64,000 bases of DNA from assembly GCA_965248835.1 (NCBI GenBank), contig CBDFLJ010000001.1, positions 1,312,001 to 1,376,000 on the forward strand, read 5' to 3'. The notes beneath the pieces were generated by a model. The model had not been told where the DNA came from. It saw only the letters and a list, made by a program, of their open reading frames with translations, and did no database searches. Below are positions 57,949 to 64,000 of the stretch, one piece after another. This DNA comes from Alphaproteobacteria bacterium (lineage in GTDB: Bacteria > Pseudomonadota > Alphaproteobacteria > MPNO01). Numbering within the stretch: position 1 is the stretch's first letter; each line of letters starts with the position of its first letter. The translations under genes were made by a program, and so were the position numbers.

Positions 57949-58236
57949 ATGAGCCTCAAGCCATTGCACGACCGGGTGCTGGTCGAACCTCTGGAAGCCG
58001 AGGGGAAGTCGGCCGGCGGGATCATCATCCCCGACACCGCCAAGGAAAAGCCGATGGAAGGCAAGATCAAGGCCGTGGGATCCGGCGCGCGTGGCGAGAA
58101 TGGCAAAGTCACCCCGCTCGACGTCAAGAAGGGCGACCGGGTCCTCTACGGCAAGTGGTCCGGCACGGAAGTGAAGATCGGAGGTACCGACCTGCTGATC
58201 ATGAAGGAGTCGGACATCATGGGCATTATTGAATAG
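57949..58236 (+). CDS. groES: Co-chaperonin GroES
   Basis: [27 protein letters not shown]. Confidence 0.97.
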   Translation: MSLKPLHDRVLVEPLEAEGKSAGGIIIPDTAKEKPMEGKIKAVGSGARGENGKVTPLDVKKGDRVLYGKWSGTEVKIGGTDLLIMKESDIMGIIE

Positions 58237-58249
58237 GACACCCCAGAAC

Positions 58250-59899
<1,650 letters not shown>

Positions 59900-59941
59900 T
59901 CAGCCGCCACACGGCCAATTCCGATCGGCCGAAAACAGCGG

Positions 59942-59972
59942 AGAAGGGCCGTCATCGACGGCCCTTCTTGTT
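59942..59972 (+). terminator. groEL terminator hairpin
   Basis: AGAAGGGCCGTC-ATC-GACGGCCCTTCT-TGTT. Confidence 0.7.
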
Positions 59973-60069
59973 GTCGCCGCAGTACCAGCGCTCGATGGTC
60001 GAGAAGCGGAAACATTTTCCTGGGCGCCCCGTTATCGTCGAGTCTTCGCCCGTTGTGGGCGGAGTGGGC

Positions 60070-60167
60070 CAGAGGCGGGCGATGTCGGTCCTGGCCCACG
60101 TCTCGTCGATGAAGACCGGGCGCGCCGGATCGAAGCCAACCCGGCTGTCGATCCACGCCTGCTCGGC
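60070..60167 (-). mobile_element. IS630 transposase fragment
   Basis: FDPARPVFIDETWARTDIARL resembles LDP.RLVFIDETWAKTNM.RL. Confidence 0.7.
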
Positions 60168-60229
60168 CGGGATAGAACGAACCGATTCCGTTCAGGCCCT
60201 CGCATATGGTGCGCGGCTGGAGAGTCTCA

Positions 60230-60334
60230 CCGCAGGCGCCCACAGACGAACAACAGCAGCCTGAGCGTCCCCTCCCTACCCGCCGGATAGCGCGACGGAC
60301 GCGACGCTCTTGCACCACGGCTCGGGACACGATC
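60230..60334 (+). mobile_element. IS256-like right-end remnant
   Basis: Ends in CACCACGGCTCGGGACACGATC; 23/28 identical to 50676-50703. Confidence 0.45.
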
Positions 60335-60385
60335 CACCCCATTGAACTGGTCCACCGTTATGTGTTGGAACGAGGAGGACCAAGG

Positions 60386-60513
60386 ATGGTAAGGAAGCGG
60401 TACGAGCCGGGGGCGATTGTCGGCAAGCCGCGGCGGGCGGAGGTTCTGCACGGTCCGGGCATGTCGATGTCGGATGCGATCCGGCAACTCGGGATCAGCG
60501 AGATCACGTACTA
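60386..60513 (+). mobile_element. IS3-family OrfA fragment
   Basis: MVRKRYEPGAIVGKPRRAEVLHGPGMSMSDAIRQLGISEITYY; GGAGG RBS. Confidence 0.75.
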
Positions 60514-60614
60514 CCTCTATGGACGGACCTCCCGTTGCAAGCGATGTTGAGATGAGCGGCCTGGGTCAGAACATCTATCCGGCATCGCCCGTGTCGGGGT
60601 AAGGATCTTCACAG

Positions 60615-60971
60615 ATGTCCGAAATGCGTATTCACAACGTCCACCAGGTAACCCGCGACATGGACCGGGCGCTTGCTTTCTATCGCGACGTCCTTGGGCT
60701 GGAGGTGAAGTTCCAGGACGGCGAGAAATGGTGTCAGCTGGTGGCGGGTGACAGTCGGCTGGCGCTCGCCTCGCCCCAGGAAGCCGCACCGGCGGAGGCT
60801 GGCAGCGTCGTGGTAATTCGGGTCGACGACCTCGATGCGGTGCGCGCCGCGCTTGAATCCGCCGGTACCGAAGTGGAGGCCTATCGCGATATGGGCGACC
60901 ATGGCCGGGTCGTCACCTGCCGCGACCCGGACGGTACGTTTCTCCAGCTTTATCAGGCCTCGGCCGGTTAA
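60615..60971 (+). CDS. VOC/glyoxalase family protein
   Basis: DMDRALAFYRDVLG, VDDLDA, RDPDG. Confidence 0.87.
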   Translation: MSEMRIHNVHQVTRDMDRALAFYRDVLGLEVKFQDGEKWCQLVAGDSRLALASPQEAAPAEAGSVVVIRVDDLDAVRAALESAGTEVEAYRDMGDHGRVVTCRDPDGTFLQLYQASAG

Positions 60972-61040
60972 TCGCGGCCCTATCCCCCGAGCGTTGGCTC
61001 GATCGCTTTTTGTTCTTCTCGCCCGAGGCTGCGAGGCGCG

Positions 61041-61919
61041 ATGACATCGGTCCGCGCCAATTGGTCCCGAATGCCCGCAAATATCCGTGGCGCCATCTGC
61101 ATCGTCACCGGCGGCTTTCTGCTGATCGTCATGGCATCGATGGTCAAGCATCTGGGCCAGTCGCTGCCCGCATTCGAGGTCGTCTTCGTCCGCTTCCTCT
61201 GCGGCCTGATCGTCATTCTCCCAGTGGTCTGGCGCATCGGTTTCGGCGTTTTGCGGACACAGCGCCTCAAACTCCACGTGACGCGGGGCGTGGTCGGGTT
61301 TCTTGGAAACCTCTGCTTCTTCTTCGCGCTGATTCATATGGCGATCGGCGACACGGTCACGATCCAGTTCTCCCGACCGCTGGTGATGGTCGTGATCGCG
61401 GCCGTGTTTCTCGGAGAAATTCTCGACAAGCGCCGCGTGTCGCTGACGATCCTCGGGTTCGCCGGCGTTCTATTGATCACCCGGCCGTTCGGCGAAGGAT
61501 TCGAGCCTTGGGCACTGGTCGCCCTGGCCGGTACGGTTTTCGCGACGCTGGTCGTGGTGACGGTCAAGCAGCTGACGAGAACCGAACAAACTGTCGTGAT
61601 CATGTTCTACTTCGCGCTGACCACGACCCTGCTTTCCCTCGTCCCCGCCATCCTGACATGGCAAACGCCGACGGCGGTCGAGTTTGCTCTTCTCTTTTGC
61701 ACCGGGCTTCTAGGCATCGTCGGCCAGTCGCTGTTCACGCACGGGATCGGACTCGGCGAGACCGGCTTCGTGCTGCCGTTCGATTATCTCCGGATCATCT
61801 ACGCGTTCGTTATCGGGATGATCTGGTTCGCCGAGATCCCGGATGTCTGGGGAGTCGCCGGGGCGGGCGTGATCGTCGCCGCGAGCCTGTTGCTTCTGAA
61901 AGGAGAAGGCCGCCGGTGA
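61041..61919 (+). CDS. DMT/EamA transporter
   Basis: EVVFVRF, FLGE, LITRP, PFDY; ~10 TM. Confidence 0.88.
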   Translation: MTSVRANWSRMPANIRGAICIVTGGFLLIVMASMVKHLGQSLPAFEVVFVRFLCGLIVILPVVWRIGFGVLRTQRLKLHVTRGVVGFLGNLCFFFALIHMAIGDTVTIQFSRPLVMVVIAAVFLGEILDKRRVSLTILGFAGVLLITRPFGEGFEPWALVALAGTVFATLVVVTVKQLTRTEQTVVIMFYFALTTTLLSLVPAILTWQTPTAVEFALLFCTGLLGIVGQSLFTHGIGLGETGFVLPFDYLRIIYAFVIGMIWFAEIPDVWGVAGAGVIVAASLLLLKGEGRR

Positions 61920-61928
61920 AAAAGGATT

Positions 61929-63998
61929 TCACCCGGCCGGTCCGGGCGAGCCTGCCGCACCGATCGTCCGCCACACGGCTTCGGGCGTCGCCGGCATCCC
62001 GAGGTCGCGCACGCCGAGCGGTCGAAGGGCATCGAGGATCGCGTTGATCACCGCAGGCGTCGCTCCGGTGGTTCCGGCCTCTCCCGCGCCCTTGGCGCCG
62101 AGCGGGTTGCCGCCGGTTGGCACGTCATGGGAGGCGACTTCGAAAGAAGGAATATCGTCCGCCCGCGGCATGCAGTAATCGAGGAACGAGGCGGTCAATA
62201 ACTGACCGGAGGCCGAGTCGTGGACCAGCTCCTCCATCAACGCCTGGCCGATGCCTTGCGCTATCCCACCGTGCACCTGCCCCTTGAGCAGCAGCGGGTT
62301 GATCGCCCGGCCGACATCGTCGACGGCGGCGTAGGCGACGATCTCGACCCGACCGGTCTCGGGGTCGACCTCGACCTCGCAGACATGGCAGCCGTTGGGA
62401 AAGTTCTGTTGGCTGGGCGCGAACATGCCGGAGCCTTCGAGGCCGAGACCGAGCTCGGAGGGTAGGCCGATCGGCGCGAACGAGGCCTTGGCGACGTCGG
62501 TAATCGAAATCGATCGATCGGTACCCGCGACCTCGAACCGGCCCTCGCGGAATTCAACATCCTCTTCGGCGGCCTCGAGCAGGTGGGCGGCGAAGCGGCG
62601 CCCCTTGGCGATAACGTCGTCCGCCGCGGCACGGAGCGCCGAGCCGCCGTTCACCATGCTGCGAGAGCCGAACGTGCCCCGCCCAAAAGGCACCCGGTCG
62701 GTATCGCCCTGAACCACCGAGACCGACTCGAAGGGCACGCCGAGCCAGTCGGCCAGCATCTGTGCATACACCGTCTCGTGGCCCTGGCCGTGATTGTGTG
62801 TTCCGGCAATGACGCTGATGCCGCCATGCTGGTCGAACCGCAAATCCATGCGTTCGTTCAACGGCGCGGCAAGCTCGATGAAATAGGAGAAGCCGATCCC
62901 GCGCAGAAGCCCTTGGAGCTCGGCCTCGCCACGCCGCGCCGCAAAACCGTCATAACCGGCGAGCGGCAGCGCCTTCCCGGTCGCGGCGTCGAACTCGCCG
63001 CAGTCATACGTATAGCCGAGTGCGGTCTTGTAGGGCATCTGTTGCGGCCGGATGTAGTTCCGTCGCCGGAGTTCGATCGGATCGACGCCAAGCTCGTCGG
63101 CCGCCTGGTCGATCAACCGCTCGACCAGGAAAATCCCTTCCGGGTGGCCCGCTCCGCGATAGGGCCCGGTCGGCGGCGAATTGGTCAGAATGCCGCGCAC
63201 GGCGATGTCGAAATGCCGGCAATCGTAGACCGATGACAGGATGCCCGACGCGATCACCGGGGGCACGATCGCCGAGTTCGAGAAATAGGCTCCCATGTTG
63301 AAGTCCGCCCGCGCGCGGATCGCGGTGATGCGCCCGTCGCCATCGAGCGCGAGCGTGGCCGTCCAGTCCTGGTCGCGTGCGTCGATATCGGCAAGCAGTC
63401 CTTCGCACCGCGCGGCGATCCACTTGACCGGGCGGCCGGTCTTCCAAGCCGCCCACAGCGCCAGCACTTCCTCGGGGTGGAGGGTCCCCTTCATACCGAA
63501 TCCGCCGCCGACGTCTTGCGCGACCACGCGAAACCGCGCCACCGGTTGACCGAAGATTGCGCCCGCCAACTGCTCGCGCACCCGGTGAGGCATCTGGCTC
63601 GAAAGCCACAGGGTGAAGCGATCGTCGGTCCGGTCGAAGGCGCCGATGGCGCCGCGCGGCTCCATCGGGTTGGCGGTGATCCGATTGTTATGAAGGGTGA
63701 TGGTCGTCGTATGCGCGGCATTTGCCAGCGCCGTGGAAGTCGATGCCGCGTCGCCGAGGACGTGGCGAAAACAGACATTGCCTGGCGCCGCGTCGGCCAG
63801 TACGGGGGCGCCGTCCACGATCGCCCGGGCGATCGATCCAACGGCGGGCAAGGTTTCGTATTCGACGGTAATCAGCTCGGCCGCATCCGCCGCGACAGCA
63901 GGGGTCTCGGCAACGACGATCGCGACCGCCTCACCGACGTAGCAAACGCGATCGGACGCGATCGGCGGCCAGGGCGGGAAGTGTGCGTTCGGCCCACC
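61929..63998 (-). CDS. Mo-hydroxylase large subunit (XDH/CoxL-like), 5'-truncated by window edge
   Basis: DRVCYVGEAVA, VGGGFG, PYRGAGH, HGQGHET, KGAGE; frame open to the edge. Confidence 0.92.
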   Translation of the reverse strand, partial: GGPNAHFPPWPPIASDRVCYVGEAVAIVVAETPAVAADAAELITVEYETLPAVGSIARAIVDGAPVLADAAPGNVCFRHVLGDAASTSTALANAAHTTTITLHNNRITANPMEPRGAIGAFDRTDDRFTLWLSSQMPHRVREQLAGAIFGQPVARFRVVAQDVGGGFGMKGTLHPEEVLALWAAWKTGRPVKWIAARCEGLLADIDARDQDWTATLALDGDGRITAIRARADFNMGAYFSNSAIVPPVIASGILSSVYDCRHFDIAVRGILTNSPPTGPYRGAGHPEGIFLVERLIDQAADELGVDPIELRRRNYIRPQQMPYKTALGYTYDCGEFDAATGKALPLAGYDGFAARRGEAELQGLLRGIGFSYFIELAAPLNERMDLRFDQHGGISVIAGTHNHGQGHETVYAQMLADWLGVPFESVSVVQGDTDRVPFGRGTFGSRSMVNGGSALRAAADDVIAKGRRFAAHLLEAAEEDVEFREGRFEVAGTDRSISITDVAKASFAPIGLPSELGLGLEGSGMFAPSQQNFPNGCHVCEVEVDPETGRVEIVAYAAVDDVGRAINPLLLKGQVHGGIAQGIGQALMEELVHDSASGQLLTASFLDYCMPRADDIPSFEVASHDVPTGGNPLGAKGAGEAGTTGATPAVINAILDALRPLGVRDLGMPATPEAVWRTIGAAGSPGPAG

Positions 63999-64000
63999 CC

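Overview
High-GC bacterial DNA, most likely an alphaproteobacterium (inferred from the metXW / chorismate mutase-hisC-tyrA synteny, CIRCE-groESL and IS types). About 1-40 kb is dense in catabolic and transport genes: hydantoinase A/B, two complete CoxMSL-like Mo-hydroxylase sets, creatininase-like amidohydrolase, BMP/CUT2 ABC, 3-HAO-like dioxygenase, LLM, SDR, GMC, FAH, Rieske oxygenase, enolase, TRAP and core Met/His/Tyr genes. About 40-61 kb is a decaying accessory region with deletion-fused ORFs, NitT/TauT ABC systems, a RES-Xre TA pair, an Abi-like gene hit by an intact IS1380, a divergent groESL and many IS scraps. A third, partial Mo-hydroxylase large subunit runs off the right edge. Two signals are missed by the ORF track. 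(1) An apparently independently transcribed ~285-nt structured ncRNA at 27.3-27.6 kb has a closing stem and two perfectly complementary 6-nt hairpin loops, and I cannot assign it to a known family. (2) A 71-aa Rdx/SelW-like selenoprotein (CxxU, in-frame TGA plus SECIS-like hairpin) lies at 14333-14548. All family calls come from motif recognition by eye; no database searches or folding programs were run.
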